In this document: positions 30,368 through 39,789 of the stretch, piece after piece
How positions within the stretch are numbered: position 1 is the stretch's first letter
Layout of the letters: every line of letters begins with the position of its first letter
DNA from: Pontiella sp.
Lineage (GTDB): Bacteria > Verrucomicrobiota > Kiritimatiellia > Kiritimatiellales > Pontiellaceae
Assembly (NCBI GenBank): GCA_050290185.1
Contig: JBNKHE010000001.1
Location: 66,713-130,712, forward strand
Length of the DNA: 64,000 nt
Direction: 5' to 3'
Made by a program: the position numbers and the translations under genes
The notes under the pieces: model-generated
What the model saw: the letters and a program-made list of their open reading frames with translations, nothing else
The model's database searches: none
Told to the model about the DNA's origin: nothing

Positions 30368-30877
30368 ATGCAGAATATTGTACTGGTCGGATTTATGGGA
30401 ACGGGGAAAACCACCGTCGGCGAACTCCTCTCCGAAAAAACAGGCATGCCGCTGCTCGATATGGACAGCCTCATCGTCGAACAGGCCGGAAAAAGCATCA
30501 ACGATATCTTTGCGCAGGACGGCGAAACGCACTTCCGCAGGCTGGAACGCGGAATGGTACAGGCGCTGGCCGATACCCATGGCCATGTGATATCCACCGG
30601 CGGCGGCATTGTCCTCAATCCCGACAATATTGCGGATTATGAAAAAAGCGGACTCGTCGTTTGCCTGCTGGCTTCTCCTGAAACCATCCTCGACCGCGTT
30701 CGCCACGACACTTCGCGGCCATTGCTGGAGGGCGACAAGGAGAATAAAATCATCCAGCTGCTGGAGAGCCGGAAACCGTTATACGAGGCCGTTGCCCATA
30801 GGATCGATACCGACGGGCTCACTCCAGAAGAAATTGCCGAGCGAATAATCAGGCTCTATGAATCAAACAATTCTTGA
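30368..30877 (+). CDS. aroK: Shikimate kinase
   Basis: LVGFMGTGKTTVG, GE.HFR.LE, ISTGGG, RPLL. Confidence 0.95.
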   Translation: MQNIVLVGFMGTGKTTVGELLSEKTGMPLLDMDSLIVEQAGKSINDIFAQDGETHFRRLERGMVQALADTHGHVISTGGGIVLNPDNIADYEKSGLVVCLLASPETILDRVRHDTSRPLLEGDKENKIIQLLESRKPLYEAVAHRIDTDGLTPEEIAERIIRLYESNNS

Positions 30878-30937
30878 AATCGCAGTTGAAACCCCCACAA
30901 TGACCGCCTGTTTTTTGTATTCATCCAGGAGCATAAC

Positions 30938-31597
30938 ATGAGCAATGATCATCAACATTCGCCCCAGCACGAAGAGGTGCTGAAGAAGCAGTCACTCGAA
31001 CAGCACGAAGTCAAGGAAGTGCTTAATGTCTTCAAGAAATATGCCGTTCCCGCACTGATCGTTGTTGTCATCGTTTGCGGTGCCTTCCTGCTAGACCGCT
31101 ATCTCAAGACATCCAAGGCGTCCAAGGAACACAAAGCCGACAGCGCACTGGTCACCGCCATGAGTCCTGCGGATTTCGAGGAGATTATCGAAAAATACGG
31201 ATCCACCTCCTCGGCCCCGATTGCGCTGATGCAGCTGGCTATGTCCAAATTCTCCGATGGGGATTATGATGCCGCCCAGGACCTGTACGACCAGTTTCTC
31301 AAGAAATACGGAAAACATGAGATGGCCGCCCAGGCCGAACTGAACAGGATCAGCTGTCAGGAAGCAAAAGGTGAATACGGCGAGGCTCACCTGAAGTATG
31401 GCGAATTCGCCAACAGCCACAAGAATTCCTACCTTGCCCCCGTCGCCATGATGGGTCAGGCCCGCTGCCTGGAGGCGCTCGGAAGCGCTGTCGATGCAAA
31501 ACGGGCCTATGAAGACCTCATCGTTGCCTACCCGGGAAGCAGCTGGGCGAATCTGGCACAAACCAGAATGACGGTACTCAACAGCTCGATTAAGTAG
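30938..31597 (+). CDS. Membrane-anchored TPR protein (YfgM-like)
   Basis: Single TM helix followed by TPR-like repeats. Confidence 0.8.
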   Translation: MSNDHQHSPQHEEVLKKQSLEQHEVKEVLNVFKKYAVPALIVVVIVCGAFLLDRYLKTSKASKEHKADSALVTAMSPADFEEIIEKYGSTSSAPIALMQLAMSKFSDGDYDAAQDLYDQFLKKYGKHEMAAQAELNRISCQEAKGEYGEAHLKYGEFANSHKNSYLAPVAMMGQARCLEALGSAVDAKRAYEDLIVAYPGSSWANLAQTRMTVLNSSIK

Positions 31598-31637
31598 CAA
31601 AAAAACCCGCTGGAACAGAACAACGGGGTTTCATGAA

Positions 31638-31666
31638 TAAAAAGCGGCCTTTTGCGCCGCTTTTTT
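31638..31666. terminator. Bidirectional terminator
   Basis: AAAAAGCGGC-cttttgc-GCCGCTTTTT between convergent genes. Confidence 0.75.
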
Positions 31667-31820
31667 ATGGTCCGGATCGCCGGTCTTTACGCTTTCTTTT
31701 CCAACGCCGGAAAAGCCAGCTAGCCAGCACGAAACCTGCAATCACCAGCAACATGGGCACCACGTCATTGGGCTCATCCCACGGAGGCGGGCACATGGGT
31801 ATTTCGATCGCGGGATCCAT
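31665..31820 (-). CDS. Putative 51-aa single-TM membrane protein
   Basis: MDPAIEIPMCPPPWDEPNDVVPMLLVIAGFVLASWLFRRWKRKRKDRRSGP. Fills the gap between the PPIase stop and the terminator; no strong RBS. Confidence 0.5.
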   Translation of the reverse strand: MDPAIEIPMCPPPWDEPNDVVPMLLVIAGFVLASWLFRRWKRKRKDRRSGP

Positions 31821-31838
31821 AGGACATGCCGCCGGCCG

Positions 31839-32261
31839 CTAGACGACCTCGACCAGTTCCAATTCAAAGTTCAGGTTCTGCCCAGCCAGCTGATGGTTCG
31901 CATCGATAGTGATGTTAGCCTCTGCCACTTCGGTGATGGTGACAGGAACCGGCTGGCCCTGCGGACCCTGCATCTGTAGCCCCATGCCGATTTCCGGTTC
32001 CAGTCCTTCGGGAAGCTGGCTGCGTTCAAACTGCATGACCAAATCCTCACGGCGCTCGCCGTAGGCTTCAACGGAAGGGATGTGAATGGTTTTCTTTTCG
32101 CCGACTTCCATATCGACGACCCCCTTCTCAAAACCGGGGATTACCATACCGGCGCCCATTTCGAATTCAAGCGGATCGCGTCCGGCGGAGGAGTCGAATT
32201 GCGTACCGTCGTCGAGCGTTCCGGTGTAATGGATTTTTACTGTTTTGCCGTTTTCAATCAT
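31839..32261 (-). CDS. FKBP-type peptidyl-prolyl isomerase (SlyD/SlpA-like, no His tail)
   Basis: VKIHYTGTLDDG.QFDSS, IPGFE, AYGER, IDANHQLAGQNLNFE; RBS GAAAGGA. Confidence 0.92.
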   Translation of the reverse strand: MIENGKTVKIHYTGTLDDGTQFDSSAGRDPLEFEMGAGMVIPGFEKGVVDMEVGEKKTIHIPSVEAYGERREDLVMQFERSQLPEGLEPEIGMGLQMQGPQGQPVPVTITEVAEANITIDANHQLAGQNLNFELELVEVV

Positions 32262-32433
32262 GGGCGTTCCTTTCGGGTTCTGGATTAATAAAACCTGCAC
32301 CTTACAGACCTCGCATCTGAAGGCAACCCCTAAGCCAAACGCATTCCCCCGGCATCCGGAACGCCTCTTGATCCGCTTTCCGCATAGACAGGTGTGCGTG
32401 TAGCACTCTATATTCCCTTAATCAGGAGGTCGT

Positions 32434-33003
32434 ATGAAATTCATGTCGTTGGTTCTATTTACAGTAGCTGTTGCTGCCTTAACCGGGTGCACCCGGATCA
32501 AGGTTTCCAGCGAATGTGACCCCGCCTACCGCTTTTCCAGGATTGAAACCTATCAATGGATCGAGGCTCCGGACGCCACGATTGCGCAGAATGCCACCTC
32601 TCTTGATCCCGACTTGCAGAAAGCCTTGAACAATGAACTTGCGGCTCAGGGATGGACACAGGTGCTCGACCCGGCCAACGCGACCGTTCAGATTGCCTCC
32701 TATCTCAAACTTGCAACCCATCAGGAAGCGGCCGGACGCATACCGGACAGCGAAAGCGAGTTTTCCGGTGGTCTGGTCTTTGAGCGCAACAAAAGGGAAT
32801 GGACTTACGAGCAGCGAGATCCTGATCAAGTGGCCTATACGACCGAGACCGGCACGCTCCACATCATGATGAACGATACTGAAACCGGGAAAAGCATATG
32901 GCACGCCAGTGCCCAAGCGACCATTGATCGCTCGCTTACCCCCGAAAAACAGGATGAGTTGCTCCGCCGAATCGCCCATACACTCTTCGAAAAACTACCC
33001 TAG
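32434..33003 (+). CDS. DUF4136-like lipoprotein
   Basis: Lipobox LTGC; FS..ETYQW, GTL.I.M.D..TG..IW. Confidence 0.75.
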   Translation: MKFMSLVLFTVAVAALTGCTRIKVSSECDPAYRFSRIETYQWIEAPDATIAQNATSLDPDLQKALNNELAAQGWTQVLDPANATVQIASYLKLATHQEAAGRIPDSESEFSGGLVFERNKREWTYEQRDPDQVAYTTETGTLHIMMNDTETGKSIWHASAQATIDRSLTPEKQDELLRRIAHTLFEKLP

Positions 33004-33014
33004 GGAGCCGATAC

Positions 33015-33830
33015 GTGTTCGCTCTATATCTCGGCATCGCGATATTTTCAGCCATCGGCATCACGGCGGCCATTTGCCTCCGCCGTGCGCGTTGTGTGCG
33101 GCTAATGAACACCCCTCCTCCGGAAAGCTGGCTGGAGATTCTGGACACCAATCTCCCGATGGCCGCCAATCTGACCGATAACCAAAAACGCCGGTTGTTC
33201 GGTACCATGCAGGTCTTTCTTGCCGACAAAAAATTCGAGGGCTGCGGCGGGCTTGAGATAACCGAAGAGATCAAAGTCACCGTCGCGGCGCAGGCCTGTA
33301 TACTGCTGATCGGACGCGAGACCAAAGTGTACCCCAAACTTAAATCCATTCTAATCTATCCGCATGCCTACCAGAGCGGACAACAGGGCATGTTTGGCGG
33401 CAACAATGGTGAAGGTGCACGGCTGGGCGAGTCATGGACCAACGGCGTGGTCGTGCTCGCCTGGGACAGCGTGCTTGGCGGCGCACGCAATATCGAAGAT
33501 GGCGACAACGTTACCCTGCACGAATTTGCGCACCAGCTGGATCAGGAGGACGGTGCCGGCGATGGAGCCCCCATTCTCGAGCCGCGCTCGGCCTATGTGG
33601 AATGGGCCCGCGTCTTTCAGCGGGAATACACGGAGCTGGTCGACGAAACCCGTCGCGGCCGCAAGAGTGTTCTCGATAGCTACGGCGCCACCAACCCTGC
33701 CGAATTCTTTGCCGTCGCCACGGAGACCTTTTTTGAAAAACCGCAGCAGATGCAAAAAAAGCATCCCGAATTATATGAGGAGCTTAAATCGTTTTATCGC
33801 ATCGACCCGGTCCAGTGGCAGGATCGTTAG
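33015..33830 (+). CDS. MtfA/M90 family zinc peptidase
   Basis: VAAQAC.L, LGESW, HEFAHQLD, YGATNPAEFFAVATE.FFE.P. Confidence 0.9.
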   Translation: MFALYLGIAIFSAIGITAAICLRRARCVRLMNTPPPESWLEILDTNLPMAANLTDNQKRRLFGTMQVFLADKKFEGCGGLEITEEIKVTVAAQACILLIGRETKVYPKLKSILIYPHAYQSGQQGMFGGNNGEGARLGESWTNGVVVLAWDSVLGGARNIEDGDNVTLHEFAHQLDQEDGAGDGAPILEPRSAYVEWARVFQREYTELVDETRRGRKSVLDSYGATNPAEFFAVATETFFEKPQQMQKKHPELYEELKSFYRIDPVQWQDR

Positions 33831-33847
33831 CTACCGTGAAGTACCCG

Positions 33848-35344
33848 TTATTCGCTCCGGCGCTCGATTTGTTTGATGAGGTCGTTGAAGATAAAGTGGT
33901 GGAACGGGAGGAAGATGTACCAGTAGGTGCGGCCCCACAGCCCCTTGGTCTTGTAGTAGGCATTCACAGACAGCCTGTTTTTGTTCCCCGAGATGGGATC
34001 CACGCGGAATTCCAACCACGCATAGCCCGGCACTTTCATTTCAGCGCGCAACAGCAACTGGCGATCATACTGAATTTTCTCCACGCGCCAGAAATCAACG
34101 ACGTCGTTGACCCGCAACGTCGATGCACTGCGCCGGCCGCGGGTGGTGCCAACGCCCTGGAGCAACCGGTCGAGTGCCCCGCGCATGCGCCACAGAAACG
34201 TACTGTAGAACCAGCCATTCTTTCCGCCGATATGGGTGATGGACTTGAACAGTTCCTCCGCCATCTTGCTGGTGACCAGGGAATAGGAACTCGTATAGGT
34301 GGGAGCTCCCTTAATCTCGCTAAGCTTGATGGCCAGTTCGTAATCGGGGGGATAGCTGTCCGACCAGCGTGTATGGACGGCATCCTGCTCCTCGCGCGAC
34401 AAGGCCAGCACAAGCGCCTCTTTACAGGAAATCCGCCTAAATGGTATCAGCTCGAGGATATCGTTTTCCTGACAAACCACATCGTGCGTCACGCTCTCCA
34501 TCAGGCACCAGGTGATCGGAGCGGGGATCGGAGTCAACAGGCTTGTGATGTAGGAATAGAACCGGATGCTTGAAATTGGCGAAGCCATATAGATTCGCTT
34601 TTTGCACAGGACCGCCGCATGTGTTTTAAGGAGCTCTTCATAGGTCATGATGTCCGCGCCGCCGATATCAAAGGTCCGGTTGGCGGTTTCGGGCAGCTCC
34701 AGCACACCAACCAGCGATTTGATTACATCGCGGACAGCGATGGGCTGGCATTTGGTTTTCGCCCATTTCGGAACGAGGAACAACGGGATTCTGCGAACCA
34801 GATGGTTAACCATTTCATAGGATGCACTCCCCGATCCAAGAATAATAGCTGCCCGGAGAATGGTGGTTGGCACCGGGCCACGCCTGAATTCCTCGGCCAC
34901 CTGGGCACGGCTGGCCAGATGGGGTGAAAGCGTCGTATTCGTATCTCCCAGCCCGCCGAGATAGATGATGCGCCCTACCCCTTGCTGCTCCGCGGCTTCG
35001 CGGAAGTGTCGTGCAGCCTGTAGATCGGCATCCTCGAACCGATGCATTCCAATCAGCATCGAATGAATCAGATAATAGGCGGCATCCACGCCTTCAAGAG
35101 CGGGAAGAACCGCATCCTCATCAAGCGCATCGGCCACCACAACCTCAGCTTCCGGCCAGCGATCCCGATGCTCCGGAGATTCGGCACGCACCATGACTCG
35201 AACCCTGTATCCACGGGCGATCAGCTCAGGCACCAGGCGACCGCCAATATAACCGGTTGCACCGGCAACCAGAACCACGCCCATCCCCTTGACAGGTTGG
35301 GTTGGCAAATCACTGCACAGGATTACCTCCAGATCTGACGTCAT
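33848..35344 (-). CDS. NAD(P)-binding SDR-like protein with DUF2867 domain (YbjT-like)
   Basis: GATGYIGGRL, YYLIHSM, HLASR, DFWRVE, LRAEMKVPG.AWLEF, PFH.FIF. Confidence 0.88.
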   Translation of the reverse strand: MTSDLEVILCSDLPTQPVKGMGVVLVAGATGYIGGRLVPELIARGYRVRVMVRAESPEHRDRWPEAEVVVADALDEDAVLPALEGVDAAYYLIHSMLIGMHRFEDADLQAARHFREAAEQQGVGRIIYLGGLGDTNTTLSPHLASRAQVAEEFRRGPVPTTILRAAIILGSGSASYEMVNHLVRRIPLFLVPKWAKTKCQPIAVRDVIKSLVGVLELPETANRTFDIGGADIMTYEELLKTHAAVLCKKRIYMASPISSIRFYSYITSLLTPIPAPITWCLMESVTHDVVCQENDILELIPFRRISCKEALVLALSREEQDAVHTRWSDSYPPDYELAIKLSEIKGAPTYTSSYSLVTSKMAEELFKSITHIGGKNGWFYSTFLWRMRGALDRLLQGVGTTRGRRSASTLRVNDVVDFWRVEKIQYDRQLLLRAEMKVPGYAWLEFRVDPISGNKNRLSVNAYYKTKGLWGRTYWYIFLPFHHFIFNDLIKQIERRSE

Positions 35345-35492
35345 ATACACGACTCCCTTGATCATTATTTACATGATTCCGCATCCAGCGGCAAGTGTTG
35401 TAAATGCAGGTATTTACAGTCATGTTATATCTATTTGATTATTTCAAAGTCCGCTCGACAAACTCAGACTCGGGTGCAATGTTTTCAAAACT

Positions 35493-35987
35493 ATGGAAAA
35501 TGACCATATAATTAAGTTACTGGAGCTGAGCATCGAAGTCGAACTGGGTGTCGCGGCCATGTATCAGCTCTTTTCCGAGCTCCACCCCGACGACGGCGAA
35601 TTTTGGGCTCAACTGCGTCTGGAGGAAAAAAGCCATGCCACACTTCTTCGTGCGGCGTTGGATTCCTTCACAAACCGGGGGTTGCTGCCCTATAAGATCC
35701 TAGCCACCTCAGTGGAGGGGTTGCACGAGACGAACAAAAGAATCGAAGTACTCGTAGATCGATGCAAAGCATCCCCCCCCTCCCGCCACGACGCATTCGC
35801 GCTTGCGCTCGTTTTGGAAAACGAATCGGGCGAACACCACTATAATCATTTCATGGAGAAAGAGCCTGAAAACACAATTGAAGAGGTGTTTCAGCAACTA
35901 AACCGGGAGGACAAGGATCACGAAAAACGCATCCGGGCGTATTTTGACAGCATGGATTCTGAAAGCGCAGCGACCGGGATGTGCTAG
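35493..35987 (+). CDS. Ferritin-like/rubrerythrin-family protein
   Basis: Two E...EExxH-type pairs (EEKSH, EDKDH). Confidence 0.75.
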   Translation: MENDHIIKLLELSIEVELGVAAMYQLFSELHPDDGEFWAQLRLEEKSHATLLRAALDSFTNRGLLPYKILATSVEGLHETNKRIEVLVDRCKASPPSRHDAFALALVLENESGEHHYNHFMEKEPENTIEEVFQQLNREDKDHEKRIRAYFDSMDSESAATGMC

Positions 35988-36619
35988 GAAAACCGGGGAG
36001 CAACGAATACGGGCGGATGCATGTAAAGCGGCTCAAAAGGTTCTGAGTCCACTCCATCTTCCATGCGCTGATGAACCAGTAATCCCAACGCGCCCGCCGA
36101 AGGCGAAACGGGGTTGGAGTCATCCGGAGTACGGAAGTCAGACAGCAGTGGTTCCAGCCGGTCGTGATCGGGACTGATAACCAGCGCATCTTCCGGAACA
36201 AAGCCCGTTAGCGCATCCCGATCCATCAGCTCGAATTCTTTTTCCAGTTCAGTACGTTTGAACACGCCGGCCCATACCTTATTCCGACGGGCATCCCCTA
36301 CCACGGCCGTGCATTCGGCCCCGAACCGCATTGCCAGAGCCGCCCCGCTGTTCAGAGCATAAACCGGCTTCCCGCCGGGTGCAGCCAGGGAATTAGCCAC
36401 GGAAAAAGCAATACGCATGCCCGAAAAGGCTCCTGGACCGCGGCCGACGGCAAATACATCAATCCCGTTCCAATCCACCGCCATGGAAGCCATGGCGTCA
36501 AACAGCTGCTGGCGGTTCTTGAAGTTTTCGTTCCAGCTCTCTTCGGCCACAACGGCTCCGCGGTCGATCAATGCGACACTACCTATACGGGAGCTCAATT
36601 CGATTGAAAAAATCCTCAT
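35984..36619 (-). CDS. tsaB: tRNA t6A biosynthesis protein TsaB
   Basis: IELSS...SVAL, AVGRGPGAFSGMRI, DARR, EPLY; coupled to tsaE. Confidence 0.92.
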   Translation of the reverse strand: MRIFSIELSSRIGSVALIDRGAVVAEESWNENFKNRQQLFDAMASMAVDWNGIDVFAVGRGPGAFSGMRIAFSVANSLAAPGGKPVYALNSGAALAMRFGAECTAVVGDARRNKVWAGVFKRTELEKEFELMDRDALTGFVPEDALVISPDHDRLEPLLSDFRTPDDSNPVSPSAGALGLLVHQRMEDGVDSEPFEPLYMHPPVFVAPRFS

Positions 36620-37044
36620 GCTTCATTCTCCCTGAAGACATGGAACGTACGGGTTCCGGTATGTTCGTCGGCTTCAATACGGATGTGCAGCAGATCCGGA
36701 GGCAGCAGCCCTTCCGCCCGTTCCGCCCATTCGATGGCGGTAATCCCGTTCGCATCAAAGTATTCTTCCAGCCCCAGACCCAGTGCCTCCTCCGGGCCGG
36801 ACAGGCGGTACAGATCGATATGGTGCAAGGGCAACCGGCCCTCGTACTCGCCGATCAGTGTATAGGTCGGGCTGGTAATCGGTTCGTCGATGCCCAGTGC
36901 GGCAGCAAATCCCTGGATAAAGCAGGTTTTGCCGGCACCAAGATCGCCGTGCAACGCAATTACGGTACCCGGACCCAGTTCACCGGACAGTTCTGCGGCA
37001 AGCGACCACGTTTCTTCCGGGCTGTTTGTTTTTACAATGCGCAT
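36616..37044 (-). CDS. tsaE: tRNA t6A biosynthesis ATPase TsaE
   Basis: LHGDLGAGKT, TSPTYTL, HIDLYRL, IEWAE. Confidence 0.95.
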   Translation of the reverse strand: MRIVKTNSPEETWSLAAELSGELGPGTVIALHGDLGAGKTCFIQGFAAALGIDEPITSPTYTLIGEYEGRLPLHHIDLYRLSGPEEALGLGLEEYFDANGITAIEWAERAEGLLPPDLLHIRIEADEHTGTRTFHVFRENEA

Positions 37045-37120
37045 TAAGCCTCTCTTTACGAAAATGCGCGGCACAACCTACAGCCACGCTTCGTGCTTTG
37101 AAAGTTCAGAGTGACGGAAC

Positions 37121-38836
37121 TTACGCATCAGCCGGAGGATGCGGGGCAAACTTGATCGTGATGTTGAGCGGAGGGCTGGCCACCTCCATCCCGTCGGCAT
37201 AGACCGCCACCGCCTGAATGCGGGTTGGCCCCTCCCCGACGAGCTGCTCATCGAGAGTCAGAATGACATCATCGGCATATTCCTTTTCATCCAGCAGCAG
37301 CTCCCCGCAGACCAGGCGCACGGACCGGGGCGTCTGGATGCCGCCGATCTTCACCTTTATGCCGTGTGTATACTGGCCCGTCTTTGCAATCTCGCCCGAA
37401 GCAATGGCAACCGACCGCCCCGTCTTGTTCAACGTGATCGCCTTATCCGCCGATGCGCCGAACTCAACCTGATACTTGGGCCAGGCCACGGCACGAAGCT
37501 CGTGGTATCCATCCGAAAGGTTGCGAACCGGAACCCATGCCGTGGGTGAGCTCGAAGCCTGGCTGATCAGCTTTCCGTCCAGCAGGAACGAGTAGAGATA
37601 CTCGACATCGGCCAAGCGTGATTCCGCCATGACCGCATAGGTAAAGTCGTCCGTGAGCGTATCCGCGCCCAGCACCTTCGTCTTGACCCTCGGCGCATAC
37701 GGTCTTGCCAAGGGATCGCCAAGCAGCAGCGTCTGTAACGGACAGGCGATCGACAGATAGAAGCTCTCCAGCATGGTGCAACCCGAGACATAATGAACAT
37801 AAAAACGCGCGGTCGGGAACTTGTTTGGGTTGGAATAGGGCTCAACCACCGCGCCGGCTGATGCTGTCGCCCCAGCCTTCAGCCACTCCGTCATCTTGGT
37901 CTGCTTTTTCTGAAATTCCGCGCTCCAGCTCGTGAGGTGTTCCGCCATCGCTCCCGGAGCAAATGAACCGACCTCTGAAGGATCGACGGTCTCCGCGCCC
38001 ATCATTATACCCACGACGTTTTTCTCGCCTGCAGGAAAGTTGGTGACCACATTGGCCACCATGCCCCGTTCCTTGAGTTCGTTCACGGCGGGATAGTATT
38101 GGTATTCCCGGCATTTGGAACGGACGTCGTCGCTCATCACAAAATAGATGCCTCCGTGAATGCCCCGGCAGTCCGACTGCGTGCCCCGCTTGATCGTATC
38201 GAGCACGGTTTGAACATCGTTCCCGTTTTCGCCAATGTACCCAAGCATCATGGCAGGAAGCGGCATCTTGTCGCCAAGCCCTGCTTTCAGGTATTGCACT
38301 TCATCAGGAACCACAGCACTATCCCCCAACCCCGACTTGATCTTGTGGAACGAAAGCGCAGGCAGACTCACTTTAATCCGCTCATTGGGACCGGCAAACA
38401 GCTTCGAGAGATACTTCCCATCCTCAACCAGGCTCAAGCCGGGCAGCTGGTTGCGCATAAAGGTCAACCCGCACACCGACATCTGCTTGCGATCGTACGT
38501 ATCGGTCTTCACGCGAATGGGGAAATCGACCGAGTAGACCCAGGCCAGAATATGGTCATCAATTCCCCGAGCCTTTGCCACGGCGCTGGCCGGCTCCCAG
38601 ATCAGTTTCGTGAATTCCTCCGGCGTAACCGTGGAGGTCCCTCCATATGCACTCTCCGGAATGTCGAGATAGACGATATTGCGGGCCGGGATCTGCCTGG
38701 CCGCTGCATAGGTGTTTGCCACCAGCAATGACGGTTGCGACTGCTTATTGACCAGCAGCAGGACTTCGTGGGGCATTTGCGCCCACACATTCACCGAAAC
38801 CAGAATGCCTGCAAGAATACTTAAAACCTTGTACAT
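37121..38836 (-). CDS. TIGR03790-like exported protein with beta-rich C-terminal domains
   Basis: Signal peptide; VLLLVN....S..VA..YA.AR.IP..NI, PGAMAEHLTS, GATA..GAV.EPY, GDPL..PY. Confidence 0.7.
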   Translation of the reverse strand: MYKVLSILAGILVSVNVWAQMPHEVLLLVNKQSQPSLLVANTYAAARQIPARNIVYLDIPESAYGGTSTVTPEEFTKLIWEPASAVAKARGIDDHILAWVYSVDFPIRVKTDTYDRKQMSVCGLTFMRNQLPGLSLVEDGKYLSKLFAGPNERIKVSLPALSFHKIKSGLGDSAVVPDEVQYLKAGLGDKMPLPAMMLGYIGENGNDVQTVLDTIKRGTQSDCRGIHGGIYFVMSDDVRSKCREYQYYPAVNELKERGMVANVVTNFPAGEKNVVGIMMGAETVDPSEVGSFAPGAMAEHLTSWSAEFQKKQTKMTEWLKAGATASAGAVVEPYSNPNKFPTARFYVHYVSGCTMLESFYLSIACPLQTLLLGDPLARPYAPRVKTKVLGADTLTDDFTYAVMAESRLADVEYLYSFLLDGKLISQASSSPTAWVPVRNLSDGYHELRAVAWPKYQVEFGASADKAITLNKTGRSVAIASGEIAKTGQYTHGIKVKIGGIQTPRSVRLVCGELLLDEKEYADDVILTLDEQLVGEGPTRIQAVAVYADGMEVASPPLNITIKFAPHPPADA

Positions 38837-38943
38837 AAAACCTCTCCATCTAATGGACTGACAATATGGGGTTTCATCCCGCCAAATTCAACCTGCTTCC
38901 GAAAAAGCTTAGTTTTGAGTATGGCGCTCGTTAAACTTGCCTC

Positions 38944-39789
38944 ATGAAAATCATGATTGTTCAAACTGTATTTTTGCTTGGTTGCACGCTTGCAAGCCAG
39001 GCTGGCCTCGACGCTCTGTTTTACTGCCCTGATCACCAAACCTATGCAACGCCCGCGCAGGATGGCTATGCCTACGAGGAAGTCCGCTTCAACAGCGCCG
39101 ACGGCACCAGACTTTCCGGCTGGTTCATTCCCGCCAAAGGAAAAGCCCTGGGGACGGTGATCCACTATCACGGAAACGCGCAGAACATGACTGCGCACTA
39201 TTCCTTCGTCTCCTGGTTGCCGGCCAACGGCTTCAACCTGTTCGTATTCGACTACCGCGGCTATGGAAAGTCCGAAGGAAAACCCACCCGGAAGGGTGTG
39301 TACGAGGATTCCGTTGCTGCGCTTAAATACCTTAAAACCCGCACCGATATCGACCAGGACAAGCTGATCGTGTTCGGGCAGAGCATTGGCGGGGCCAATG
39401 CATTGGCTGTACTTGGAAACAACGATTTTAAAGGCATTGCCGGGATTGCTACCGACTCGGCGTTCTCGACCTACAAGGGAGTGGCCTGCGACCATGCCGG
39501 ATGGCTCAAGCCCCTCGCTTTCTGCTTGATCGGCAACAAGCTAAGCCCCGAAAAATACGTCGGCAACATCGCCCCTGTACCGTTACTCATCATCCATGGA
39601 ACCAAAGATCCGGTTGCCCCGTACAAGCATGCCGAACGATTGTACAGGAAAGCCGCCGAACCCAAGGAGCTCTGGACCATCGAAGGGGGCGGCCATACCT
39701 CCGCCCTCGGTGCCGGGCGCGCCGTCTACGCCCCTAGGCTCCACCAACGTTTTGTGGAATGGATCAGCAAAAAGAACCAGGTCGACTAA
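38944..39789 (+). CDS. Alpha/beta hydrolase (YfhR-like)
   Basis: HGNA.N, DYRGYG.SEG.P, GQSIGG, IHG.KD, GGH. Confidence 0.9.
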   Translation: MKIMIVQTVFLLGCTLASQAGLDALFYCPDHQTYATPAQDGYAYEEVRFNSADGTRLSGWFIPAKGKALGTVIHYHGNAQNMTAHYSFVSWLPANGFNLFVFDYRGYGKSEGKPTRKGVYEDSVAALKYLKTRTDIDQDKLIVFGQSIGGANALAVLGNNDFKGIAGIATDSAFSTYKGVACDHAGWLKPLAFCLIGNKLSPEKYVGNIAPVPLLIIHGTKDPVAPYKHAERLYRKAAEPKELWTIEGGGHTSALGAGRAVYAPRLHQRFVEWISKKNQVD

